A stretch of DNA of 63,113 nucleotides, filler included, from Olpidium bornovanus S191 (GCA_017911155.1; 32 parts of 32 records of this genome joined end to end with filler, not necessarily neighbours in it), one strand, 5' to 3'. Numbered from the whole stretch's first letter, positions 34,547-47,200 are shown. Program-made: numbers and translations. Notes: generated by a model from the sequence alone, not told the origin.

Positions 34547-36591
34547 CTCTCAGGGCAGCAGCTGTCTGCAGGGCATCGGCGGCGGCGTGCTCTTCGAACG
34601 CAATTACCACCGTGTATTTCCTGGAAAGGTGGTCGAAGTCTTCCCGCAAGACGACGCTCGGTTCATGCTTCGCAGCCAGCTTGGACACGTCCCCCTCGGC
34701 CAATATCTGGGACGGCGTGACAACATATGGAGGCGGCCCGTATGCGTCCAAGTAGGATTCGACGGCCACAATCCGCCTGGGGAGTCCCGACGACACTATT
34801 GAGCTTACAACGTTCGGAACTGCTCCTCCCTGGTCCAGCGCGGTGAATGTTGTCACCCGAGTAGATGGATATGGGTGCGACGGAGAGGCGTACGGGCCTA
34901 CCGGATCAAATATCCACCCCGAAAGCAGGAGATTCGCCCTAGGCCTCCTGTCAGGCGGGTCGGCCGTCTCGTGTGGTACCGAACACGAGACAAGATAAAT
35001 AGGAGGGGACGAAAGGGGTGATGCCGCGGTTCTAGCGCGCTCGCGGTATTCGATGGTCACTAGCTCGCGACCTCTGGAACAAAGTAAGGTGCAAACGGTC
35101 AGTCTCGGATTTTAGGCCAACCAGCAGTCGGAGCGCGCGGATTCAGGGCGAAACCTCACTTGAACGGGAACGAGCCCTTCAGAAGCGTCCGCGCAATGAT
35201 GCATCCACTTCCGAACCTTCCCAACACGTCACCAGAATCGTATGCCTCATCCCCTACCTCAGGAGGGGTGACAGGAGAGAAGTCAGACATACTGATCTGC
35301 GTTCCCAAGCAGGCAGATCACCTTGTCACTCACACTGGGAGCGGCAGCCCAAAGAAGCCACAACCGCCGCAACGTCCTGGATATCCAGTCCCTCCAACAC
35401 TTTCGACCCTCTGTACACAGGTATTGCCGTCGAGACTTCCGGGACGTAACGCTTGTGAACGTCGAAGCCCGGGACGTCCGTGACCACCGGCGTCCAGCCG
35501 GACTGCGTCTCCCAATTCAGCCGCTTGAGTAAACTGAGGAGCCGCCGGATAGTTTTCACCTCTTCAGGCAGGTCAAAGGGGGGCCGCTGGACGACGGTCT
35601 CGGACAGTTCCGGGGATCGGGGCAACCCGGTTTCAAAGTTATGAACCGATGACCGGCATGAGGCATCCAGTTTGGCAACGGACGACATGGTGGATTTCCT
35701 CTCCGGTTTGAACGGAACCGGTAGTATGAGCGCGAAGTTTGACGCAGTCTCCTCGACCGCAGCAGCGCCGGACGCTCCAGGGAAGTCTGTTTTCGTTGCC
35801 TTGTGGGAAATGATCAGGTTTGCCAAAGATTTGATGGATGTTCGCCTTGCGGTCGTGGCAATGGCAGTGGCAGACGCGGCCGGCAAAACCGGCGTTGAAA
35901 TCGCCGTGACGCCGTCCCGACAAGCGTCATCCACCAGAAAGGAACTAGAAAAGAATCTCGGTGGTCGGATAACGGCTCGCCAATGCACCGAGAAACCATC
36001 CGCGCATCTCTTACCTCAGTTGAGAATTGATCGCCGCCTCCTGCGGCGCATCAATGTCAAGGTTTTCGGCGATCGACATGCCTTGGGGTGGCGATTTCAG
36101 GACCGCTTTCACCGCTACGCCGTTTACAGCAAGTTTCGGTGCCGTATGGTCATCTTCGTTGGACGTCACGTGCAGCGTGATCACCTGTCCATGTTGAGGC
36201 TTGAGGTGTCCGTCGAGGTAGTGGCGCAGGAGCAGTCTCAATCCCGTTGGATCATGCACATCCTTAAACGCGACAGCATCGTCGGCCGGAGGTAGGACCG
36301 CAATAGACATATGATATCTGCCCCATTTCCGCCCATCGAGGCGCAAAAGAACCTCGACCGAAGCGGAGCTGAGCGAATCGCGGGGTTCGGATGCGATTGC
36401 CGGGGCGCCCCGAGAATCCACTGGCAGAGCCTCGTACTTGACCATAAGCGACTTCCCGTAGTGGTCGTACCGCATGTCGTAAATTCTGCCGTGACGGCAG
36501 AAGGCCAAGTAAGGCGGAGCGCCAAACCGGTCGTAGTAGTCGGAGGCGTTCGCAACGCAGAGGGGCACATCCTTGCTCGCTGCACTCAAGA
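34547..36591 (-). CDS. Lipid-transfer protein with START-like domain(s), internal fragment
   Basis: GWTPV..FDVHKR..IPVYRGSKVLEG..DVAAVV (START N-terminal part) and LSGWIFDP..TRVTTFTALDQGGAVP..LPRRIVAVESYL..GPPPY (START C-terminal part). An earlier ..YYDRFGAPPYL block suggests a preceding homologous module. Confidence 0.7.
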
Positions 36592-36692
36592 NNNNNNNNN
36601 NNNNNNNNNNNNNNNNNNNNNNNNNNNNNNNNNNNTTAATTAATTAANNNNNNNNNNNNNNNNNNNNNNNNNNNNNNNNNNNNNNNNNNNNG

Positions 36693-36755
<63 letters not shown>

Positions 36756-36795
36756 AAAGGCGAAAAAGGAAAGGAAAAAAAAAAAAAAAAAAAAG

Positions 36796-36831
<36 letters not shown>

Positions 36832-37114
36832 GGGGGGAGGGGGGGGGGGGGGCCGGGGGGAAAAAAAAAAAAAAAAAAATCAAAAAAAAAAATAATTCCG
36901 CGGTCTGCACACACCGCCCGGTGGCGTCCATCCGGAAAACGGGCGGAAAAATGCAATCGAAATTCGGGGGAACGAAGCGAAGTGGGGGGGGGAGGTCACC
37001 GCCGTCGCGCCCGTCCGCACGGCAAAGCCGCTCGCCGCCGCCCTCTCTTCCTTCTCGGCGTCGCATCGCCCCGTCGCGCCCCGTTCCGCCCGCCCTTGGA
37101 AGGCGCGCTTCGCG

Positions 37115-38464
37115 ATGATGACGAACGAGGCGGTCCTCGAGGTGGAGGTGAAACTCCGCCTGCCCGGCGCGCGGGCCTACCGCGCCTTCCTGAGGGCCCT
37201 GGCGGCCGCGGGCGGCGAGCACGTGCGCACCGAGCTGCAGGTGACCCACGTCCTGGACACGGCGGAGCTGACGCTCGCGTCGGCCAGGACGGTCCTGCGG
37301 CTGAGGGAGAGCGACGTGCGCGGGTCGGCCGCGGCCGCCGGCCCGGGATCGGCGGCGTGCAACGAGGAGGGGGAACGGAAGTGCGTCCTCTACGTCAAGG
37401 CCAACCCCGTGCTGAAGGGCGGGATCAGTCGAGCCGAAGAGGTATCCCCCCCCCTCCCCATCTCCCATCCACGGGCGCGCTCCGCGTCGGCTGCGGAGTG
37501 CGGCGACCGTTTGCAGCGACTGCGGCGGCTATTTGCGGGACTCGCCCCTCACCCTGCCGATCGTACTGCCGTTTTTCGCAGGAGGAAGCCGTCGTGACGG
37601 AAGAAGTCGCCCACAAGATCATCGCCGACCCGTCCGCGGTCGCTCAGTACGCTCGGAGGTTCGAACGCTGGGGCGCGCCCACTTTGCCGGACATTTTCCC
37701 CGTCTCCCAATCCCCCCCCCCCCCCCCCCCGCCCCCCTTCCCCCCTACCCCACACAAAAGAGAGGAAGAAAATGCTTCCTTTGCCTGACGTCTCCCACCT
37801 CGCGGAAAGCATACCTCTCTTGTCACGACTGTTTGATCGCTTCGCAGCCAAGGGCGAACGGGATCTCATGCTGACCTGCGCCGGCAGGTTCCGCACCGTG
37901 CGCCACGTGATCGCGTGGCAAGGGTACATGCTGGAAGTCGACCGAGTGGTACACGGCGATTTTGCTGCCGACCCGGCCCCTGCGACACTTTGGGAGGGGC
38001 TCGACGACGACGCCAGCGACGACTTGGACGGAGAGGCGACAGTCGAATATGAGATCGAACTGGAAACGCCGGAGCCGGAGGCCGCGAAATCTGTGCTGTG
38101 CGTTGGCCTGATTGGGGGAAAGGCTTGGTGTTATCCGGGGATTAGGATTGGGTTTTGTTTAGTCTTCTTTCCTTTCCGCGTCCGAGCTTTTTGAGCCTTT
38201 TCTCCCGTGCTAAGGCCATGTTCCTGGTTGATTTGTCCGGGGATTGGGATTGGGTTTTGTTTAGTCTTCTTTCCTTTCCGCGTCCGAGCTTTTTGAGCCT
38301 TTTCTCCCGTGCTAAGGCCATGTTCCTGGTTGATTTGTCGCAGGACCGCTTTCCTCCAACTGCACAAAGTGCCGTTTGAGGAGAGCACCCGGAACAAAGT
38401 GCAGGTCATGTTTGATCTGCAGAAGCGCAGCAAGACACGCCGGGCATGCCCCGCGGCGCTGTAA
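37115..38464 (+). CDS. CYTH/triphosphate tunnel metalloenzyme, plant TTM3-like
   Basis: EVEVKLRL (ExExK); RTVLRLRE; CVLYVKANPVLKGGISRAEE ~ AtTTM3 [49 protein letters not shown]; last exon TAFLQLHKVPFEESTRNK after intron 38098-38343; stop at 38462-38464. Confidence 0.9.
38134..38337. repeat. Near-perfect 102-bp tandem duplication in the last TTM intron
   Basis: Copies start at 38134 and 38236. Confidence 0.95.
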
Positions 38465-38958
38465 CAAGGCCGCGACGTTCGTTCGATACGTCTGCACCCC
38501 CCCGGACACCCGACATCTGGAGCCGCTTCTCCGCATACCGAATTTTTTCTTGACCTCCTTGTTTCCTCAGAACGGCTGTTGAATCTTGTCATTTTTATAC
38601 TTTTCACATGAAGGCACCGTGCTTTTGGAGGTCGGGCCTGTAAATCCCGGCCTGTAAAGCATCCGGCCCGGCAGGTTCGGAACCAGGACAAGAGAGGTGG
38701 GGGTTCAATGTAGCGACAGGGACGGCANNNNNNNNNNNNNNNNNNNNNNNNNNNNNNNNNNNNNNNNNNNNTTAATTAATTAANNNNNNNNNNNNNNNNN
38801 NNNNNNNNNNNNNNNNNNNNNNNNNNNAAACTTTGGGGGGGGGGGGGGGGGGGTCGCAAATGCGTCGCCCCCGTCAGTCCTCCCATCTTTGGGCAGTAAG
38901 GTGTCTACGGGTGCAGGAGAAATACACAGATCCGAGCGATTCAAGCCTGCTGCCTCAC

Positions 38959-40203
38959 CTGGGATGTGCAGACCTTGTTCCAGGTAACGAAGGCGAAGGT
39001 CTGGGCAAACGCTGCGAAATACAAGTCCTCTTTCCCGTACGCGAAGCCGAGAAGCGCGACCGTCCCAATCTGGGGGACAAACGCGAGAAGGCCGAGGTGC
39101 CGCGCGGCGAACTCCGCCACGGCCAAGGTGCTTTCTGCGGCGGGCGAGGAAGAGAGGTAGAGGTCATAGAACCACGGGGAAAAGTTGTGGCGGTGGTCTC
39201 GCCGACTGACGTGGTAGAGGTAAGTTTCCTGGAGGAATTCGTGGCCGTAACTGCGACCGTAGGTCGGCAGCCGAGCACGGGTTAACCAAAGAGGTTGGTG
39301 TACGGCCAACTCAGAATACCTGATAAAACATGAGATAGTCGCCTTTTCGTTTCTCCCACGAAAAACGTACATGAGATACATCACTGCCGCCAGAAACATA
39401 AAGGTTCCTCCGCTGATCATGGCAAACCGGATTCTGGCCGGGCCGACAAACTGGACGGCTTTCCCGATCACACCGCGGCTGCCGCCCGTTTGCGGCTTTC
39501 TGCGTGTCTCAAGATACGTCAAGATCGGCGCAGCGTACACGATCGGATATATCTTGAAATGGACGGCGAAGCCAAACAGCAGCGCAGCCAAGGTGAGACG
39601 GCCGCTTGTCAGGCACCGGAAAGTGACGAGAACAATTGCGCTCAGAAGCGACTACTGTGGGCCCACCCGAAAACACGTGGAAGTCAGCGAGGGGGTCCGC
39701 GCGAACACCTTGACTGAAGCGGTCCGCGCGCGCGCCGCACTTTCGACTGGTTCGCTCACCTCTGCGCTGCCTCTCGTTGAAATGTTCGCGACGACGGGGT
39801 TGAGCATCCACGTCGCAGCGCAGAAAAGGAGGCGGGTTCGGCGCGGCACGCGGCGGTCCTCGAGCCCGCTGTCCAAGGCGGCGCCGACAACCATGTCGGC
39901 CGCGACCAGGACGATCTTCCCGAAGCTGCGGAACCAGACGACGTTCGGGGTCATCAGCCAGGCAAGCAGCGGGGTGTACCTGTACGTCGCCCGCGCGTAA
40001 GGGCTTTCTCCCGCGATGACGTGGCGGGCGGCGTCTGTGAACACAACGTAGTCGATGTCGGTATATTTCACGGGGAAGTGGCGGTCCTGGTACTCGCCGA
40101 CGATTAGGAGGGTAAGCCTGAGGAGGAGGCCGGCGAAGAAGAGGCGGCGAAACGAAAGCCACGCGGCGCGCGGCGGCGGCGCCCCCGCCGTCCCTGCCGC
40201 CAT
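38959..40203 (-). CDS. GPI14: GPI mannosyltransferase I (PIG-M/Gpi14), 3' partial
   Basis: VKYTDIDYVVFTDAA..SPYARATYRYTPLLAW..NISTRGSAE; AVHFKIYPIVY; YLYHVSRRDHRHNFSPWFY; QTFAFVTWNKVCTSQ. Confidence 0.96.
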
Positions 40204-41218
40204 CCCTGGCACGATTCTGGGCCAGACGGGGGCTGGGATGCAACTACCCGCCCGGCGCAACGCGCGCGTCTTTCCGGTGCGGGGACTCCGGCAGTGCGGG
40301 CTCCCGGCGGACTCGAACGTGTCGTTGGTCCGCCGTCGGAAACGCGGCGTGCGGGGTGCCCACGGGGCGGTTTCAGGAGGGAAAGAGGGGGGAAAAAACA
40401 ACAAAATCTCGTGTTTTATTCTGGATTTTTTTTTATTTTTTTTTTTTCGGTCTCCGTCGCTGCTTGCCTGCGCTAAGCGTACCTTGAAACCCTGGCGGTA
40501 ACCTGCCGTGCCAGAAGACAAATTACAGTGCGCACCGAGGTTGCAACGACGCAGTATTGGCCGGGTCGCACGGCTTCCTCAGGTTTAGATGGCGGATATC
40601 GTAGATTCAGAAATGCAATGAATCACCCGAATTGGCGTCAGCTTGTGGTCTGGTTTGAGAAGTCCGCGTACTTTCACCACTCCGCCCCCTTAAGCTTTCG
40701 GGTTGTCGGTGGGGGGGTTTTTTTTTTTTTTGATCAGCGCAATCGGGCATCTGTTCTGTTTCCTGACTCCTCCTCGCCAACTTTCAACCCCCACGGTGCG
40801 GTGGCGCGAGGCCACGCCCAGGATTGTTCTTGCTATCGTCTCTCCCGTCGCGCAGTGTACGACTGTCAATTTTCGCAAAAACTTGACTTCCCGAGAAATG
40901 GGATCCGCAATATTTGCAAGAAAATTGGTCATCTGAGAAAGCGGATCCCTGCGTTCGGCGCGACCGGCAGCAGCGGCCAAAAACATACAGCGCCGCCCGC
41001 AGCAATCCTCCTGCGGCGATGCGCAGAAGAGCTGAGCGTGTTCTTCGTGTGCGTGTTCGTGTGCGTGTGTGTTGGGGGAAAAGGCCCGTCGCAGACACTT
41101 TGTGTCCTCCGCCCTCCCCGTTACCCTGCGCGTGCCGGGGGGGGGGGGGGGGGGGGGAAAAAGGAACGGAAAAAAAAAACCATCCTAATTGCGCCGATAA
41201 TACCGTTTCCCCGCGACG

Positions 41219-43505
41219 ATGGCGACCGCGCCGACGCGCCGCGAGCAGCAGCTGCGCGTCGTCACAAGCCCCGGAGCGGCCGAGGAACGGTTCGCGGCGG
41301 AGGCGTCCGCGGCCGCCCGCGGGCTGGACGCGTCGCGCCCGCAGCACGCGGCGCTCCCGCCGCCTCCGCCGTCGCCGCGCGAAGCTCTGCAGCATCAGGC
41401 GGGCGAACCCTTTCGCATTGCCGGCCGCGCCACTCAGAACGTCCCCGACACATTACGGCAGCTGCTGCCGGACCGGAAACATCACGGCCCGCTTGTTACT
41501 GCGCTACCGCGAACTCAAAGCGGCGGCGACGGCGTGACGTCACAGTTTGCGCTGACCATTCAGCCGGATATCTTCAAGGTCGAAACCTTCGACTGCGAGC
41601 AGTTCATTTCCAGCAGGCGTTGTCTGCCTCTGGATACGACCAAGTCGGAGCTCCGGTCGTACCTTCGCCAGCTCAAAAATGAGCTGGTGGAACTGATTAA
41701 CAAAGACTACACCGACTTCATCAGTTTGTCGACCAGCCTCGTTGGTACGGATAAGGCGATCCACGAGCTTTCACAGCTGTTGTCCCGTATCCGGAATGAA
41801 ATACAAGTATGAAACGCAACCGACCGAGTATACGTATGCGTTGAGGGGAGGTCCGCGCCAACGCAACGGTGGGACTCGCACGTGCGCGCCACCTGACAAA
41901 ATAAGCGGCTGTGATACCAAGGTGATACGAGACAAATTCCAAGAAACGATCGACGAGTTGGAAAAGCGACTTGCGCAAAGGGCCGAGCTGCGGGAACAGA
42001 AAGTAAGGGGGGACCTTAAATAATACCAAGCCGCCAACCCCAAGCCCTGCAGTAAATTTGTTGAACTTACGATATCTCGTTGGAATCTAGGCTGCGTTAC
42101 AGCTCTTGTTGAACATCGCTCGCTCCGTAGAAAAGATAGCGTCGCTGCTGGAAGCGCACCATGCGGAAGACGCCACTGTAGAAGCGAATGAGCCTGGCGG
42201 AAGGTTTGACAGCACCGGATCGTTCTTTATCCCCTTTCACCCGCGCCCAATAACCGAATGCCAAATGAAATCCGTCGAATACTATGCGTTTCTGCACGTA
42301 GAGACAAAGTCAACGAACGTGTCGCTATTGAGTTCAATCAGCTGCGATTTTTGGTTGGCAAAGGACAGGAAATGTCCTACGTGGAGACGATACAGCCCCG
42401 TATCCAGAAGATTGAGAGCGCGCTACGGTCTAGCCTTGCCACATCCTTGCGTTCGTCACTGTCGGCGTGCGACGCAAGCCCTCAGGATGACTCGATGACA
42501 CTGTCACTTGCGCAGTGTCTTCGAACGTATGCGGCGATCGACCAGACGAGGGAGGCTGAAGATATTATCGCCGGGGAATTTGTACAACCGTTTATTGAAA
42601 AGGTGGCAGATCATCCATCCTTTCTGGAACCTCTACGTTTCCGCTCGTCGCACGCTCATTTGGAGTGACTGTGCGCCGCGTAGATTATCCGCTCCTGCTC
42701 GCAACTGCCGCCGGGACCGCCAGACGATCCCTCCTGCGCGCCAGGCAATTCTCTCGCGGGGGTGTATGCGGAGCTGCTCGGTTTTGTGCGCACCAAGTGC
42801 GCTCCGCTCATTTTGATCACCGAAAAAACTCTACGCGGAGCCAAATACGAAGTGCTGACGAATGGCGTTTGGACGCAAGTTGTTGAAGCGCTTAGCACCC
42901 ACCTATCCACGATATTTGCGTCTGGCAACCCGGACGTTTTCCATTCGGTGAGGGAAGCGTTTTTCTTTTCGGGCCCTTCTCTCCCTTTCCCTTCCCTTTT
43001 CACCTCTTTCTAACTTATTGGTTCTTTGCACGCTTGCGCGCGCGTGCGTGTCTGCCCTTCATCTTTTGGCCGGTATAAAGCTCACACCGGTTCGCGATTT
43101 TGCAAACAGAATTACAAGGTGACCATGGACTTTGTCGCAGAATTCGAAAAGCTCTACCTGACACGAAAGTCGTGGGCCCATCTACGAACTCATCGAAGTT
43201 ACGCCGCGTTCGTCAAAAAGTGGCAGATATCGGTGTATTTTCAATTACGGTACGCCCTAGTTTGGCGTTGTTCTACGATTTGCGCAGGCGCATCCTTTGT
43301 TCTCGCGGCCAACCGCGCTTGCTGTTCCGTATTGCTGACGAAGCGTGAACGCCCAGTTTCAAAGAAATATGCGTCCCGTTCGACGACGCCTGTCGGCAAC
43401 CAGTCGATTTCCCGCCGGCGAGTTACATCGCCGCAGGTAAATTTCGCGGGTTTAGGCGCCTTGTGCATCGCACACATCGACACTGAGGTATCCCCAAAAG
43501 CATGC
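41219..43505 (+). CDS. COG2: Conserved oligomeric Golgi complex subunit 2 (3' partial)
   Basis: FDCEQFISSRRCLPLDTTKSELRSYLRQLKNELVELINKDYTDFISLSTSLVG; ERVAIEFNQLRFL; CLRTYAAID; IFASGNPDVFH|NY..F..KWQISVYFQLR. Confidence 0.92.
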
Positions 43506-45922
43506 NNNNNNNNNNNNNNNNNNNNNNNNNNNNNNNNNNNNNNNNNNNNTTAATTAATTAANNNNNNNNNNNNNNNNNNNNNNNNNNNNNNNNNNNNNNN
43601 NNNNNCATGGAGTTGTCGCTGCCATCGTGTGCTGACACTTTGAATTGGTTTAGATTCGAGCTCATCAAAGCAAACGAGCCAGGCAGCCACGAAGGTCCTC
43701 TTCAGATTTAACGAAGGTTTCTCGAACGCCGTCCGCAAAAGTTTGCGGATTTCTGACCTGCTCCCTGGCGGAACATAAATGTGCTAGTGTTGGCGCGAAC
43801 TTTTTTCGATATCGCGCCGTGCGAAAACGATCAAAATCGACGCGGACGGGGGGAAAGGAGGGGGGGGTTGGAGGGGGAGAGGGGATGCTGTTGCAGGCCT
43901 TTTTTGTTTTCTTTTCGGCGTTGCGGAAAAGGCACCTACGTTATCGCTCTGAGGAGGATCGATACGGGGACGGTGTGGCTTCGAAGGAGGAAGGGCCGTC
44001 GGAGAGTCACGTGGTTTAGGAAAACCAATTTACAAAAGGCTTTCAACAGGGAGGAAGGCACTGTTGTCGGTCTTATTTCTTTTCTTTTGTTTTCGTTCGG
44101 GAAAGCGTTTGTCGGGAAGACTACGAGTGGAATTTCTGCGCACCGACAACGGCCTTAAAAATTCGGAGACGAGAGAGTTCTGCTCGCCGGCGTTCAACGG
44201 AAACAGGGCGCCTGAACCTCTCCGGGGCCCCTCCCCCCCGGGGAGTGCGGGGGCGTGGCGGACTTCGTGCGCAGGGATACGAATCTGGCAACATGGCTAC
44301 TGCTCCGAACCAAATTTAAATGTCCGCATCCCAAAAAGCAAAAGGCCTCTGACCGTCTCAAATCCGTATTTTTAAAGTCATCCTCGCAGTATCCTGGAGT
44401 CCATACGAAAAAAAAAAGCAAAAAAAGAAAAAATAGGAAAGAGAAAAAGCAAAATAGTACGCCAAAGACCATCAAAAAGGAAAAAAAAAAAAAAAGAAAC
44501 AGGAAATATTATTATGTACTATAATGCAAGACAAAAAAAAACTGTTATATACTGTAACGCATTTCTGTTAAGTTACTACAAAATTATGATACTATAATAC
44601 ATTTCTATAGTAACATTTATGATACTGCCAGCTTGGAATGTTAAACTTAGCCGGTCCTGCAAGGGCAGAGACCGTTGCCCAGGGCGCACCACGTGGAGCT
44701 GTTTGACAACCTCAGACAAGCTGAGGGAAAAAAAAATTCCCCGGGTGCCGGAAAGCAGGGGAGAATTGGGGTTGTTAGCCAGGCGACTTTCCGTCCGCGG
44801 CAACCAGTGAAAGGTCAGGGGGGTGGATCTTTCCCGGGAAACTCAAACGCAGCGGCGTCCTCTGGACCAACAGGGTTTTTAGAGGAACCGCGAGGAGACT
44901 CAAAAAACGCGCCTGCGCCTTCTGAACTAACAGAGTTTTGAGGGGAACCGAAGAGCGGGTTTGAAGAGCGGGTGCGCGGAGGACAGGATTGGGGGCGGGG
45001 CAGAGGAGGAGCGAACGGGAAGAGGGGGCGGGCGAGGGCGGGTGCTTTTTATGCCGCCTGGGGGACGGGCGGGGGACGGGCGGGGGATGTGGGCGGGGAA
45101 GCGGGGAAGCGGGGAGCGGGAGAGAGAGAGATTGGGCGGGGTTCTCGCGGCGCGCGCCCGTCCCGGCCCGGCGCCCCGAAGCAGGCCGAGCGCGTTTTTC
45201 CTTTCCCTTTTTTTTTTTTTTTTTTTTTTTTTTTCTTCTTCTTTTCTTTTCTTTCCATACGAGAACGGCAAAGGGATGGAGGGAGGTTCCGACGAAGCGA
45301 CCTCGGCGGTGACGGTGACGGCGGGAGTCGCTGAGAATGATTAGGGAACGGGAGACAGCCCCGAGTGACGATGGGCACGAAAGGACCCCTCGCCGGGGCG
45401 AGTGGAAACGAAGCAGCAGCGGGCGCGACTGTCGCGACCATGGTCAGCACGTCGGCGGGTCGGGTGCCAGTTTCCAAGGGGCCGGACGAAGGGCCTTTTG
45501 TGATGTGCGTGTGCTGCAGTGCAGCCAAATAATTCGCGACAGGTCAGGAATGTGGCCGTCAGGGTCCAGGAGATGGAGAGCGATGCCGTTAACAGAGGGT
45601 GGGTGGGGGGGGGGGGGGTAAGTTCGATTATAAACGTAGATGAACAGCGCGCCTGACTTCCCCGCCCAAGAGCTTCCCGGGAAGGGGGGGGGTTGGAAAA
45701 TGTTGTGAACCGAAAGAGTACGCTCTACGGTCACGTGATCAAAGATGCCAAGACCGGGAGGGGAGCTCCCCCTGGAGCTCTTCCTCCCGCCGTCAAACGC
45801 AAACAACGGAAGGGAAAAGGANNNNNNNNNNNNNNNNNNNNNNNNNNNNNNNNNNNNNNNNNNNNTTAATTAATTAANNNNNNNNNNNNNNNNNNNNNNN
45901 NNNNNNNNNNNNNNNNNNNNNC

Positions 45923-46450
45923 ATGCTTCCACAGAAGTCCAATGCCTTCGGAAAGTTTCTCGAAGTTCTCCGGCGCCCGGAGCGTGACAGAAAACAGCTC
46001 CGGATCTTACAAACAGACGGAGGGGGTGAGTATCTAACCGCAGAATGACGCGAGTACCTTGCCAGGCACGGCATACGTCATCAGGTCACCGTCTGAGACT
46101 CCCCCCATCAGAACAGGATGGACGAGCGCTTGAACCGCGCGCTAAGGGAGCGAATGCGCGCTTTACTTCTTCACCACGGCGCACCCGACGCATTTTAGGG
46201 TGAGGCGCTCGGGACGGCAACGTATCTCTATAACAGAACTCCCCACGGCAGTGTCGGCCGCCAGCCTTACGAGGCGTGGCATGGGACCTTGCTGCCGCTC
46301 GAAGATCTGCATTTTCGGCTGTGCGGCTGAAATCCTGATTCCCGACAGCAGACGTGCCGGGAAATTGGCATCCCGGACGGAATCAGTCGTCTTTCTCGGC
46401 TACTCCGAGGATCGCAAGGGTTGGAAGTTCTGGATTCTCAAATCCCGTGT
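45923..46450 (+). pseudogene. Copia integrase pseudogene
   Basis: ILQTDGGGEY..GIRHQVTV*DSPHQNRMDERLNRALRE..F*GEA..ATYLYNRTP, frameshift, IFGC..KLASR..FLGYS..KGWKFW. Three in-frame stops plus one frameshift. Confidence 0.93.
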
Positions 46451-46479
46451 GCCGGCGAGGTACCGAAGGACTTGCTTTG

Positions 46480-47200
46480 CTGCGGCCCAATGAACGGCTG
46501 ACAGATCCACATTAAATTGTGACAAAATAACTACCGCCGTGCCGATGTCCGGGCGTGTCCAGACCGACAAGTAGATGAGGGAACCAATCAGTTCTTAGTA
46601 CTTGGTCCGGTCATACGGACTATCGTCGGGTAGGCGGGGTGACAGCGAAATGGCATCCATGGGAGTATTGGTCAGCGTAGCTGTGTGGAGGCCGTACTTT
46701 TGCAGAAGTTGTTGGGCGTAGTGTGTCTGGTCGAGAGTGATGCCGCGTGTGGATCGTAGGACCCGGATACGCAGGAAAAACTCGGCCAGTGTCCAACCTG
46801 TCATCTCAAATTTGACATGGAAGGCATCCTGTTCTTGGTGTCGGAGCTCGTCATCGTTGCCAGTGATGGTTACATCATCGACATAAAGTGTAACTTGACG
46901 ACTCGAATTCCCGGTGGCAAACGAAGTGAGTCATCAATTGTCGCCCCCTTTTTCGCCAGTGTCTCACCTTCATGTGGCGGCTGTCCCGGTTGCGATTCGG
47001 CTGAATTCGCTCCTGATTCCCCCTCTCGTGCCGTTAGGACGAACACACAGGGTTCAGCAGAGAGGATCCGGAAGCCGCAAGACAGGAGATGTTGTGATGC
47101 AGTGTAGTTCCATTTGTAGTGTGCCCCCGATGTCGACTGGCATGTGACCTGTACCTATATAGCCAGTCGGCCCCGGGGCACACCTGAATAGACTCCGACT
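46480..47200 (-). mobile_element. Decayed copia pol remnant (protease-adjacent region joined to the RT core), opposite in orientation to the integrase remnant
   Basis: Minus strand: IGTGHMPVDIGG..; TLYVDDVTITGNDD (YVDD motif); FFLRIRV..ITLDQTHYAQQLLQKYGL..TPM..Y*ELIGSLIYLSVWTRPDIG. Confidence 0.85.

Noticed and set aside
36921-37118. Possible CDC26 uORF upstream of the TTM3-like gene, as in plants
   Set aside because: The overlapping upstream ORF is low-complexity Arg/Pro/Ser sequence lacking the MLRRxPT motif of Cdc26.
43606-45821. Scattered minus-strand exon-like segments in this contig (and at 14400-14909, 29598-29894, 56498-56947)
   Set aside because: I could not build a consistent spliced frame or recognise a family, so they are left uncalled.
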